From NCBI GenBank assembly GCA_027351145.1, contig DAIEIZ010000076.1, positions 1-47,816 of the forward strand: a stretch of 47,816 nt of DNA, given 5' to 3'. Of the stretch, positions 19,902-28,632 are shown in pieces. Both the position numbers and the translations under genes were made by a program. This DNA is from Candidatus Moraniibacteriota bacterium (GTDB lineage Bacteria > Patescibacteriota > Minisyncoccia > Moranbacterales > UBA2206). The number at the start of each line of letters is the position of its first letter. Positions within the stretch are counted from its first letter, which is position 1. The notes beneath the pieces are model-generated. The model was given only the letters and a program-made list of their open reading frames with translations, made no database searches and was not told the DNA's origin.

Positions 19902-21695
19902 TTATTCCACATGAAACAATTTCCATAAAAACACAACAAACAAAACCAATCCAACAATCCCCCATTCTGACCAAATTAAAAGAAAAATATTATGCACTGG
20001 CTGATATTGCCAAATCTCAAGATTTGGCAATAACCTCTCTGCGGTTATAACAAACTGCCCTGTACCAACGCCAACCATTGGATTATCCGCAATAATCCGC
20101 TCGGAGATAGACAAATATAACCCCCTTTCCGTAAGCGACTTCACAAGCAAGACATAAAATTCAACTCTAAAGAAAAACAGGCCTGTCAATGTAGCTAATC
20201 CTAAGCCTAGCAATAGCCTAAAATGTTCCACGTGGAACAATTTTTTCAAACTAATCCCCCTAAATGTTCCACGTGGAACATTTATATACACAAGAGCAAC
20301 CAATAAAGCTAAAATAGCTGATTTAGAAAAAGAAAGAATTATCCCAATAATTTGGACCGCTAGAACAAATTTAATAAAATTCGATTTAATTGTTCCACGT
20401 GGAACATTTTCGACTGATAAATCATTATTGCTCAAATTGTTCCACGGGGAACATTTTTCAGCATCTTGTTCCACGTGGAACAATTTCGAATAAAGCATAG
20501 TAGCCATGATTGAAAAAAATAAAAATCCACCCAAAATATTCGGGTGAGGAAAGAGACCATAGGAACGAATAAAGACATGATGATTAGCGACAATTTTTGC
20601 CACCCCGGGAATACTTTGACCAATTAAGCTTTCTTTGAGCAAAAATAGACCGAGGGAGTGCTGAATGATGAATTGAACAATTCCAGCCAAAGATTGCATT
20701 ATACCAAGGAGCATAATAATGCCAAAAAATACACCCAAATTATTAATTGTTCCACGTGAAACATTACTAGCATTTTCTATCCTTAAATTGTTCCACGTGG
20801 AACAATTACTTACATTATGCCTTTCACGCAAACTAATACCAGCTAATAAACCGCAAGCTAGCCAAAATAAGATCTGGCCTTGCCAAATATCCCACAAATA
20901 GTGGTCAAATAACATAACCACTATCAAGCCCAATAAAATTGCACGGAGATATTGGGTCATTTTTGACAAAACATATTCAAAATGTTCCACGTGGAACAAT
21001 TTAGTACTGCTATCCATAGCTTCATCTAAAATTGTTCCACGTGAAACATTACTAGATGAATATAAAAAATTGTTCCACGTGGAACAATTTAGCAAATAGC
21101 ACGGCACAAATCTTATGGCGATATAACTATATAAAAAATACAACTCCAAAAACCCAATAGATCTATAAATGCCAATTGCCCGATTTTCTGACCAAAAAAT
21201 AGACACAAATGACCAAATAACTAAAAGCAGGGGGACTAAAAAAACGCCAAAATTACAAAAAATGTTCCACGTGGAACATTTTTCACCAACATTCCGCTTG
21301 GATTGTTCCACGTGGAACAATTTAGTTAAAAACGCCTTAAAATAAGCAATTTTTCCTGTGGATAAGTTCTGAATAGATGCATTATTAACACCTTCTGCAT
21401 GATCTATCTTGTGGATAAACTTGAAAGTGCCATCACTAATCCTTGACGGATTTACTATTTTATTGCATAATATAGGTATAATCCAGCTTAGGATCGCAAG
21501 CCATAGAAATATATCAGAAACGTAAATATATGCCCCGATATACTCATTAAAAGCACCTTTTAATAAAAAGTATAATATTACTTTTCTGACCCCAAGCGTA
21601 AAAGTCAACAAAAACAAATAGAAAAACCAGATGTCTTTTGGCTGTTTCTTGTTTTTTTTCCAGATATCATCCATCTTTTCAGCTAAGTTTTCCAT
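19902..21695 (-). CDS. O-antigen ligase (WaaL/Wzy_C)-like membrane protein carrying embedded parS sites
   Basis: Multiple TM helices; RSYGLFPHPNILGG, SFSKSA, GVGTGQF, QPVHNIFLL..EWGIVG motifs. Confidence 0.85.
   Translation of the reverse strand: MENLAEKMDDIWKKNKKQPKDIWFFYLFLLTFTLGVRKVILYFLLKGAFNEYIGAYIYVSDIFLWLAILSWIIPILCNKIVNPSRISDGTFKFIHKIDHAEGVNNASIQNLSTGKIAYFKAFLTKLFHVEQSKRNVGEKCSTWNIFCNFGVFLVPLLLVIWSFVSIFWSENRAIGIYRSIGFLELYFLYSYIAIRFVPCYLLNCSTWNNFLYSSSNVSRGTILDEAMDSSTKLFHVEHFEYVLSKMTQYLRAILLGLIVVMLFDHYLWDIWQGQILFWLACGLLAGISLRERHNVSNCSTWNNLRIENASNVSRGTINNLGVFFGIIMLLGIMQSLAGIVQFIIQHSLGLFLLKESLIGQSIPGVAKIVANHHVFIRSYGLFPHPNILGGFLFFSIMATMLYSKLFHVEQDAEKCSPWNNLSNNDLSVENVPRGTIKSNFIKFVLAVQIIGIILSFSKSAILALLVALVYINVPRGTFRGISLKKLFHVEHFRLLLGLGLATLTGLFFFRVEFYVLLVKSLTERGLYLSISERIIADNPMVGVGTGQFVITAERLLPNLEIWQYQPVHNIFLLIWSEWGIVGLVLFVVFLWKLFHVE
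19903..21319. repeat. Cluster of 13 parS-type 16-bp palindromes
   Basis: TGTTCCACGTGGAACA at 20224, 20265, 20391, 20467, 20789, 20983, 21071, 21263, 21304; TGTTCCACGTGAAACA at 20748, 21033; variants at 20438 and 19903. Confidence 0.92.
21357..21418 (-). promoter_or_regulatory. Pair of perfect DnaA boxes
   Basis: TGTGGATAA at 21357-21365 and 21410-21418. Confidence 0.6.
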
Positions 21696-21817
21696 AGTAG
21701 TAGTTCAGGGATAAGTGTTACTAGTGTAGTATTTTTCAAAATTATTCGCAAATTGAGATTAAAATTGACTATCTTGTGTTAACTGTTATGATTAATAGGC
21801 GATAGAATGAATATTTA

Positions 21818-21888
21818 GGGCCTATAGTAAAGCGGTATTACGGATCCATGGCATGGATCAGTCTAGGGTTCGACTCCCTATAGGTCCA
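21818..21888 (+). tRNA. tRNA-Ala(GGC)
   Basis: GATCC ATGGCAT GGATC anticodon arm; G3:U70 identity pair. Confidence 0.92.
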
Positions 21889-21892
21889 CATT

Positions 21893-21966
21893 GGATGATT
21901 AGCTCAGTTGGTTAGAGCGTACGATTCACATTCGTAAGGTCACTGGTTCGAGCCCAGTATCGTCCA
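21893..21966 (+). tRNA. tRNA-Val(CAC)
   Basis: TACGA TTCACAT TCGTA anticodon arm, GGTTCGAGCCC. Confidence 0.93.
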
Positions 21967-21988
21967 CAGATAAACAGTTAACATCCAA

Positions 21989-22060
21989 GCCCTCATAGCT
22001 CAATGGATAGAGCAAATCCGTCCTAAGGATGAGATGTAGGTTCGATTCCTACTGAGGGCA
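21989..22060 (+). tRNA. tRNA-Arg(CCT)
   Basis: GCCCTCA/TGAGGGC acceptor, ATCC GTCCTAA GGAT anticodon arm. Confidence 0.9.
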
Positions 22061-22329
22061 CAAAGACTTGCCAAAACAAAAAAGATAGACTATACTAAAT
22101 TTACGTTAATTATTAAGAAAAAAATAAATAGGGGAATGCCTTAATTCCTCACGTCTCAGCCCTTTAGGGCGCATTCTTAATAATTTCCAATATTTCTGGA
22201 AATTTTTTATTTTTATATAAAAGCTATTCGCATATCCCGTTTTCATATTGCGGACTCTCAAAGCAAATAACGACATTTTTTTTAATTATTATCCCGTAGT
22301 CCTAATGTCAGCTACAAAAATCTAATCAC

Positions 22330-23679
22330 ATGAATGATATACTCTCTAAGTTAGCTACTGAAGTAGACAAATTGAGCGATGAAAAGACTACTATACCAGC
22401 TCCGATTAAAAAAACTGACACTAAAACTGCGCCAGAAGAAAAAATTCCTTCCTTCATGGAGCAATTACTTCTGGATAATCCGATTGAATTTCCCGCAGTC
22501 GGAGACACAGTCATTGGAACGGTCTTAGAAGTTTCTTCTAGTGAAATTTATCTTGATCTTGGACCGTTTGGGACAGGCTTGGTTTTGGGCAAAGAAATTA
22601 AGGACGGGATGGGTTCTGGCAAACTTAAATTGGGCGATAAGGTTTCAGCTACTGTGACTGATTTAGAAAATGAAGATGGCTATATTGAGCTTTCCATACG
22701 CGAAGCATCCTATGAAAAAGCCTGGGAAGATATTGAAAAGAAACGAGATGCTGGAGATAAGGTTAAAACGAAAGTTATCAGCGCCAACAAAGGAGGACTA
22801 CTTATCGAAATCAATGGTATTGCCGGATTTTTACCCGTGTCACAACTTTCTAGCAAAAATTATCCTCGCGTGGAAGATGGCGATAAAAATAAGATCCTCA
22901 ATCTGCTTAAAAAATTAGTTGGAAAAGAATTGGAGGTTTGCGTTTTAGACATTGACCGTGAAGCAGAGAAACTGATTGCTAGTGAAAAAGCAGCGCAAAG
23001 CGATCGCGACAAGGAAACTATTTCTAATTTTAGAGTAGGCGACGTGATCTCTGGTGAAATCAGCGGCGTAGTTGATTTTGGCGCTTTCGTTAAATTCTCC
23101 CCATTTAGCGAAAACGGAGAGGTAAATGAAAAGGAAAAAGTGGAAGGACTTGTCCATATTTCAGAACTCGCATGGCAACTAATTGAAAACCCGCGAACAA
23201 TCGTGAAAGTGGGGGATAAGGTTGAAGCGAAAATTATCGGCATTGATAATGACAAAATATCTCTTTCTATTCGCGCCTTGCAAGCAGACCCATGGACCCA
23301 AGCAACTGATAAATACAAAGTGGGGGACATTGCAACTGGAAAGGTACATAAAATCAATCACTTTGGTGCTTTCGTTTATCTTGATAATGATATTCATGGT
23401 CTCGCACACATTAGTGAAATGCTTGATACGCATCCTGGAAAAAATATCAACGACTTAATCAAAACCGGAGATGACTATAGCTGGAAAATTCTTTCTATTG
23501 AACCGCGGGAGCACCGCATGGGGCTAACTCTAGTTTCTAACAAAGAAAAATTGGCCGAGGAAATGAAAGAAAAAAAGGCGAAAAAAGAAAAAGCTGAAAA
23601 AGAAGAAGAAAAAATGGAAGAAGATGCAGAAAAACCAGTCGATAAAAAGGCAAGGAAAGTCAAGAAAGAAAAAGAATAA
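22330..23679 (+). CDS. rpsA: 30S ribosomal protein S1 (short form)
   Basis: Repeated S1 domains: NKGGL, GFLPVSQL, DFGAFV, GLVHISELAW, HFGAFV. Confidence 0.9.
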   Translation: MNDILSKLATEVDKLSDEKTTIPAPIKKTDTKTAPEEKIPSFMEQLLLDNPIEFPAVGDTVIGTVLEVSSSEIYLDLGPFGTGLVLGKEIKDGMGSGKLKLGDKVSATVTDLENEDGYIELSIREASYEKAWEDIEKKRDAGDKVKTKVISANKGGLLIEINGIAGFLPVSQLSSKNYPRVEDGDKNKILNLLKKLVGKELEVCVLDIDREAEKLIASEKAAQSDRDKETISNFRVGDVISGEISGVVDFGAFVKFSPFSENGEVNEKEKVEGLVHISELAWQLIENPRTIVKVGDKVEAKIIGIDNDKISLSIRALQADPWTQATDKYKVGDIATGKVHKINHFGAFVYLDNDIHGLAHISEMLDTHPGKNINDLIKTGDDYSWKILSIEPREHRMGLTLVSNKEKLAEEMKEKKAKKEKAEKEEEKMEEDAEKPVDKKARKVKKEKE

Positions 23680-23766
23680 CCGTTCATCTCTTAAACCCCC
23701 AATACAAATAGAGACGCACGAACCAATATTTTGAAAAACCATACGATAAATTTATTTTCAAAACTT

Positions 23767-24330
23767 ATGTCTAATATCTTTATTATTTCCGGCCCTTCCG
23801 GCGCCGGAGAAGATAGTGTCATTGAAGGATTGAAAAAAATTCTTCCTATTGAAAAAATAGTCACCTCCACAACAAGAAAGATGCGCAAAGGAGAAGCGAA
23901 TGGGGTCAACTACTATTATCTTTCCCGGGCGGAATTTGAAGAAAAAATCAAAAATGACGCTTTAGCTGAATGGGCACAAGAATATAATAATAATTTTTAC
24001 GGCGTCACCAAAGAAGAATTAGCAAGAGTAGAAAATTCCGGGAAGATTGGGCTTTGGAAAATTGAATATAAGGGCGTGATAACAGCCAAAACCAAATTTC
24101 CTGAAATCAAATCAATCTATATCGCACCGCCTTCGCTAGAAATTTTACGCCAAAGAATCGTGCGCCGTGACCCCACTGTCTCCGAAGATTATCTCAATGA
24201 ACGAATGAACTACACGCGAGAATGGATGAAACATGAAAATATCTATGACTACAAGGTACTTAATGAGGAGGGGAAGCTGGAAGAAACGATTCAGAAAGTT
24301 GCTGAGATTATCGAGAACGTAAATGGCTAA
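23767..24330 (+). CDS. gmk: Guanylate kinase
   Basis: ISGPSGAG, TTRKMRKGEANGVNYYY, YG, IAPPSLE; P-loop Lys position reads GE. Confidence 0.88.
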   Translation: MSNIFIISGPSGAGEDSVIEGLKKILPIEKIVTSTTRKMRKGEANGVNYYYLSRAEFEEKIKNDALAEWAQEYNNNFYGVTKEELARVENSGKIGLWKIEYKGVITAKTKFPEIKSIYIAPPSLEILRQRIVRRDPTVSEDYLNERMNYTREWMKHENIYDYKVLNEEGKLEETIQKVAEIIENVNG

Positions 24331-25273
24331 CTTAATCAAAAAAATCCAAAACTCTATTTTTGAAAATTCTCTTTTTGAGAGAAATTCTAAAATTGTCTTG
24401 GGAGTTTCCGGAGGGCCGGATTCAACTTGCCTCCTTGATATATTTTCAAAACTACAAAAAAAATACGCTATAGAATTATCCATCGCCCACGTCAATTACC
24501 ATCTGCGCGGAAAAGACAGCAAAAAAGATGAGGACTTCGTGGGAAAGCTAGCAGAAAAATATAAACTATCGATCAATATTCTTGACGCTAAAATTGAAGA
24601 GGGGGATAAGTCGGAAGAAAAATTACGAGATATTCGATATGCTTTTTTTGAAGAAGTGCGCAAAGAAAATAAATTTGATTTCATTGCTGTCGCGCACAAT
24701 TCTGACGACCAAGCAGAAACTGTGCTAATGCGCCTCATTCGCGGAACAGGGCTCAATGGTCTCTCTGCTATGCGCGCCAAGAATGAAAAAATTATCAGAC
24801 CGTTACTCGACACGACTCGAAAAGAAATTACTGCATATTTGAGATCAAATAGATTAAGCTATCGAATCGACAAGACAAACAAAGAATCTATTTATCTGCG
24901 AAATAAAATTAGAAATAGATTGATTCCATACCTCGAAAAAAATTTCAACCCCAATATAAAATTTGTGCTCGCCAAGAGCGCAAAGGCCTTTGGGGAAGAT
25001 TATGCCGTAATTAAAGAGCTGGCAGAAAAAGCTTGGAAAAACAACCAATTGTTGTACGTTGAAAAAATTCTCGCGCAACCGGTAGCAATCCAAAAGAGAA
25101 TTATCCAAAAAGCCTTGACGCAAAAGAATGAAAAAATTAATCGGAAAGGTTTTTCTCAGATTGAAGAAATTCTAAAAGCACTGAGAAGCACAAAAAACAA
25201 AAATCAAGTCATCTCCGGTGCAGGATTGAAAATGACAAGATATGGTGATAAGATTAACTTGGAACTTATTTAA
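24323..25273 (+). CDS. tilS: tRNA(Ile)-lysidine synthetase
   Basis: SGGPDS PP-loop, AHNSDDQAET, IRPLL, RNKIR; upstream of ftsH. Confidence 0.95.
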   Translation: MANLIKKIQNSIFENSLFERNSKIVLGVSGGPDSTCLLDIFSKLQKKYAIELSIAHVNYHLRGKDSKKDEDFVGKLAEKYKLSINILDAKIEEGDKSEEKLRDIRYAFFEEVRKENKFDFIAVAHNSDDQAETVLMRLIRGTGLNGLSAMRAKNEKIIRPLLDTTRKEITAYLRSNRLSYRIDKTNKESIYLRNKIRNRLIPYLEKNFNPNIKFVLAKSAKAFGEDYAVIKELAEKAWKNNQLLYVEKILAQPVAIQKRIIQKALTQKNEKINRKGFSQIEEILKALRSTKNKNQVISGAGLKMTRYGDKINLELI

Positions 25274-25293
25274 TTTTTATATAACAAAAATTT

Positions 25294-27210
25294 ATGAAAA
25301 ATCTCTTGCGAAATATTAGCTATGTTTTATTTTTCTTTCTCTTCCTCTCTGGCGTCCTCATTCTTCTCAATAATCCAGAAAAAAAACCGGCTGATATTTC
25401 CCTTTCCACACTTGTCGCTCAAATCAATGATCAGAAAGTTAAGGAAATTGATGTCACCGATAGCAATTTAAATGTCATTATGACTGATGGAACTATTGAG
25501 AAATCACTCAAGGAAAAAGAGGCAGGACTGACAGAAACTTTCAAAAACTACGGCGTAGACCCGGCAAAACTTGATAGTGTTAATATTGTAGTCAAAGGAG
25601 AAAGTTCGGCCAGTCTCTGGCTTGGAGCAATCCTACCCTTTCTCTTGCCATTTATCCTTATTGCTGGTTTCATTTGGTTCATGCTTCGCCAAGCGCAAAG
25701 AGGCAATAATCAGGCGCTTTCCTTTGGAACTTCCCGCGCACGAGTCTCTGACCCAAAAGATAAGAAGAATCGCGTGGTGTTTAATGATGTGGCTGGAGCA
25801 AAAGAAGCCAAAGAGGAACTTTATGAAATTGTAGAATTTTTAAAAACTCCTAAGAAGTTTTTAAGTCTTGGCGCAAAAATTCCCAAAGGCGTTCTACTTT
25901 TAGGCTCTCCTGGAACAGGAAAGACTTTAATTGCTAAAGCTGTCGCTGGAGAAGCAAATGTGCCATTTTTCAATATTTCTGGTTCAGAATTCGTGGAAAT
26001 GTTTGTTGGAGTTGGTGCTTCTCGCGTGCGAGATCTTTTCAAGCAAGCCAAAAAAAATTCTCCAGCCATTGTTTTTATTGACGAGATTGATGCAGTAGGG
26101 AGGCACCGTGGAGCAGGACTTGGCGGGGGACATGACGAACGTGAGCAAACTCTTAATCAAATCCTAGTTGAAATGGACGGTTTTGATACCAACACAAACG
26201 TAATTGTAATTGCTGCCACCAATCGCCCGGATGTGCTTGATCCAGCACTACTTCGTCCAGGTCGTTTCGACCGTCGAGTAGTAATGGACCTTCCTGACAT
26301 TGAAGAACGCGCCGCTATTCTTAAGATTCATTCCAAAAACAAGCCACTAGTGAAAGATATCGATTTGCGCGTAATTGCACAGAGGACACCAGGATTTTCC
26401 GGAGCTGATCTTGCGAATTTACTCAATGAAGCCGCAATTCTGTCCGCCCGCCGTGGCAAAAAAACCATCGGAATGAACGAGCTGGCCGAATCAATTGAGA
26501 AAGTTATTCTTGGTCCGGAGAGAAAAAGTCGCCGCATTGACGAAGATGAAAAGAAAATAATTGCTTACCACGAAGCAGGCCATGCCCTTATTGCTTCAAC
26601 CCTAAAACACGCCGACCCAGTGCAAAAGATTTCCATTATTTCCCGTGGTAATGCCGGGGGATATACATTAAACGCTCCAATTAAAGACAAAACGCTTCAC
26701 TCGCGCAATTATTTTATTGATGAGTTATCAGTCTTTTTGGGAGGTTATCTTAGTGAAAGATTAAATTTTGGAGACATTACGACCGGTGCATCAAATGACC
26801 TTGAAAGAGCGACTGCGATTGCAAGAAACTTAGTTACACGCTATGGTATGAGCGATCTTGGTCCTCGCACTTTTGGTCACAAAGAAGAAATGGTCTTTCT
26901 TGGCAAAGAAATGCGTGAGGAAAAAAATTATTCAGAAGAAACCGCTCGCGAAATTGACAATCAAGTCACAAAATTTATTGATGATGCATATAAGGTGGCA
27001 GAAAAAATTCTCATCGACAAAAAAGAACTCTTAGACAAAATTTCTAATATTCTTTTGGAGAAGGAAACGATTGAACAAGTCGAGTTCAATGAAATTATGG
27101 GGATTGTTCCGATAAAAAAAATTGAAGAGGAAATTACCGCAGAATCAACTGAGGCAAAAACTGAAATTGCAAAAGAAAAAACCGAAACTGTGGAAATAAA
27201 AACAACTTAA
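25294..27210 (+). CDS. ftsH: ATP-dependent zinc metalloprotease FtsH
   Basis: Two TM helices, [29 protein letters not shown]. Confidence 0.98.
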   Translation: MKNLLRNISYVLFFFLFLSGVLILLNNPEKKPADISLSTLVAQINDQKVKEIDVTDSNLNVIMTDGTIEKSLKEKEAGLTETFKNYGVDPAKLDSVNIVVKGESSASLWLGAILPFLLPFILIAGFIWFMLRQAQRGNNQALSFGTSRARVSDPKDKKNRVVFNDVAGAKEAKEELYEIVEFLKTPKKFLSLGAKIPKGVLLLGSPGTGKTLIAKAVAGEANVPFFNISGSEFVEMFVGVGASRVRDLFKQAKKNSPAIVFIDEIDAVGRHRGAGLGGGHDEREQTLNQILVEMDGFDTNTNVIVIAATNRPDVLDPALLRPGRFDRRVVMDLPDIEERAAILKIHSKNKPLVKDIDLRVIAQRTPGFSGADLANLLNEAAILSARRGKKTIGMNELAESIEKVILGPERKSRRIDEDEKKIIAYHEAGHALIASTLKHADPVQKISIISRGNAGGYTLNAPIKDKTLHSRNYFIDELSVFLGGYLSERLNFGDITTGASNDLERATAIARNLVTRYGMSDLGPRTFGHKEEMVFLGKEMREEKNYSEETAREIDNQVTKFIDDAYKVAEKILIDKKELLDKISNILLEKETIEQVEFNEIMGIVPIKKIEEEITAESTEAKTEIAKEKTETVEIKTT

Positions 27211-27230
27211 AGTTTGTGTAATATAAACTT

Positions 27231-28232
27231 ATGCCAAATATTGATTATTTAAAAATTTTCCGCGATGCGTGGAAGATCATTTGGAAAAACCGCTTTTTGT
27301 GGTGGTTTGGTTTATTTTTAATAATGCCGGGAATCTTAAATCTTCAATATTCTCCACAGCGCGATAATAATTCGCAGGAAAACTGGCCGGCTGCTTTTGA
27401 AAAAATCCACCTGCAGGAATTTCTCGCAAATCATGCAACACCCATTGCATTTGCGCTAGGCATCCTATCGGTTCTATTTTTAGTCTTTCTTGTGATAAGA
27501 CTTATCAGCAGAGGAGCGCTGATTAAATCCACCCAGCGAATATTAAAAAATGAACCTGCTGATTTTAGACTAGGCTTTAAGGATGGCAAAAAATATTTTT
27601 GGAAAATACTAACAATCCTATTCTTTTCTGGATTAGCGATAGTTTTTTTCATTATCGTACTAGCCATCCCTATCATAATTCTATTTAATGCAAAATCATA
27701 TATTATTGGAGGCATCCTTGCGCTTATTGCAATTATTATCCTCATTCCACTCCTTATTTTGTGCAAATACCTTCAGGTATACGCTTCTTTCTATATAGTT
27801 CTAGCTGACCTCAAACCTTGGCTAGCAGTAGAAAACGCCTATATGCTTTTCAAAAAAAACATACTCTCTAGCATTATCATGTCGCTGCTTTTTATTCCCC
27901 TTGGCATTATTTCATTTTTCGTTCTTATTGCGTTATTCCTAACAATCTTAATTGTCTTCGGCCTAATTGGCTTAGTTTTATTTTTTATCTTGAAAGATAC
28001 TGGCGCTATAATTGCTATTGTCCTAGGCCTCCTTGCTTTCATCCTCGCAGCGATTCTCTTCTACTCAATTTTTAGCGCTTTCTCCGAAGTCTCCTGGGTC
28101 TTGTTTTTTCATGTCATCGCCACACCGAAAGAAAAAGAAAAGATTAAGGAAAAAGTGTCAGAAGAAAAAACGGTATCAGCCTTGCCAACCACCGAAGCCA
28201 TGAAAACGATTAAAACTGAAACTGACAAGTAA
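27231..28232 (+). CDS. Hypothetical polytopic membrane protein
   Basis: About 6 hydrophobic helices; AWKIIWKNRFLWWFG start. Confidence 0.8.
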   Translation: MPNIDYLKIFRDAWKIIWKNRFLWWFGLFLIMPGILNLQYSPQRDNNSQENWPAAFEKIHLQEFLANHATPIAFALGILSVLFLVFLVIRLISRGALIKSTQRILKNEPADFRLGFKDGKKYFWKILTILFFSGLAIVFFIIVLAIPIIILFNAKSYIIGGILALIAIIILIPLLILCKYLQVYASFYIVLADLKPWLAVENAYMLFKKNILSSIIMSLLFIPLGIISFFVLIALFLTILIVFGLIGLVLFFILKDTGAIIAIVLGLLAFILAAILFYSIFSAFSEVSWVLFFHVIATPKEKEKIKEKVSEEKTVSALPTTEAMKTIKTETDK

Positions 28233-28302
28233 TTTTGACGGGAAAAGTTTTTTGCGGTAGGCTTTAATAGTTATTGCAAATATGGACGCGCGACTCAGTC
28301 TT

Positions 28303-28416
28303 ACCCCACACCATTTTTTGGGTCTGTAGCTCAGTTGGTTAGAGTGCTACATTGACATTGTAGAGGTCTCCAGTTCGAGTCTGGACAGACCCACAGTTTA
28401 AAAAATGGTGTGGGGT
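28303..28416. repeat. Perfect 17-bp inverted repeat enclosing tRNA-Val(GAC)
   Basis: ACCCCACACCATTTTTT (28303-28319) and AAAAAATGGTGTGGGGT (28400-28416). Confidence 0.9.
28320..28393 (+). tRNA. tRNA-Val(GAC)
   Basis: GGGTCTG/CAGACCC acceptor, CTACA TTGACAT TGTAG anticodon arm. Confidence 0.95.
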
Positions 28417-28425
28417 GAAGCTAGG

Positions 28426-28478
28426 GAGCGCTATTTCGACATTATGCAGGTCTTTTATTTGAGCCTGAGCATACCCAC
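28426..28478 (+). pseudogene. Decayed 3' two-thirds of a tRNA-Val(GAC)
   Basis: 37/53 ungapped identity (hand count) to 28342-28394, GAC anticodon retained, stems broken. Confidence 0.65.
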
Positions 28479-28494
28479 CCAAAAAAATACTTTC

Positions 28495-28566
28495 GGGACC
28501 ATAGCTCAGCGGTAGAGCAGGGGACTCATAATCTCTTGGTCGCTGGTCCGAATCCAGCTGGTCCCA
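28495..28566 (+). tRNA. tRNA with CAT anticodon, most likely tRNA-Ile2 (lysidine)
   Basis: GGGGA CTCATAA TCTCT arm followed by TGGTCGCTGG as in known Ile2 tRNAs; T-loop reads TCCGAAT. Confidence 0.85.
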
Positions 28567-28573
28567 CATACTA

Positions 28574-28599
28574 AAAAAGCTACTCATGAGTAGCTTTTT
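28574..28599. terminator. Bidirectional terminator between tRNAs and xer
   Basis: Palindrome AAAAAGCTACTCATGAGTAGCTTTTT. Confidence 0.8.
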
Positions 28600-28632
28600 A
28601 TATTAGCTCTTATTACCTATACTACACACCTA

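Noticed and set aside
20224..21319. CRISPR array interpretation of the repeat cluster
   Set aside because: Repeats are 16-22 bp perfect palindromes with irregular gaps (13 to over 260 bp), lie in an intact ORF, match the parS consensus, and no cas genes are present.
28420..28480. 6S RNA-like GGGAGC...ACCCACC motifs
   Set aside because: Too short, and better explained by ungapped similarity to the adjacent tRNA-Val.
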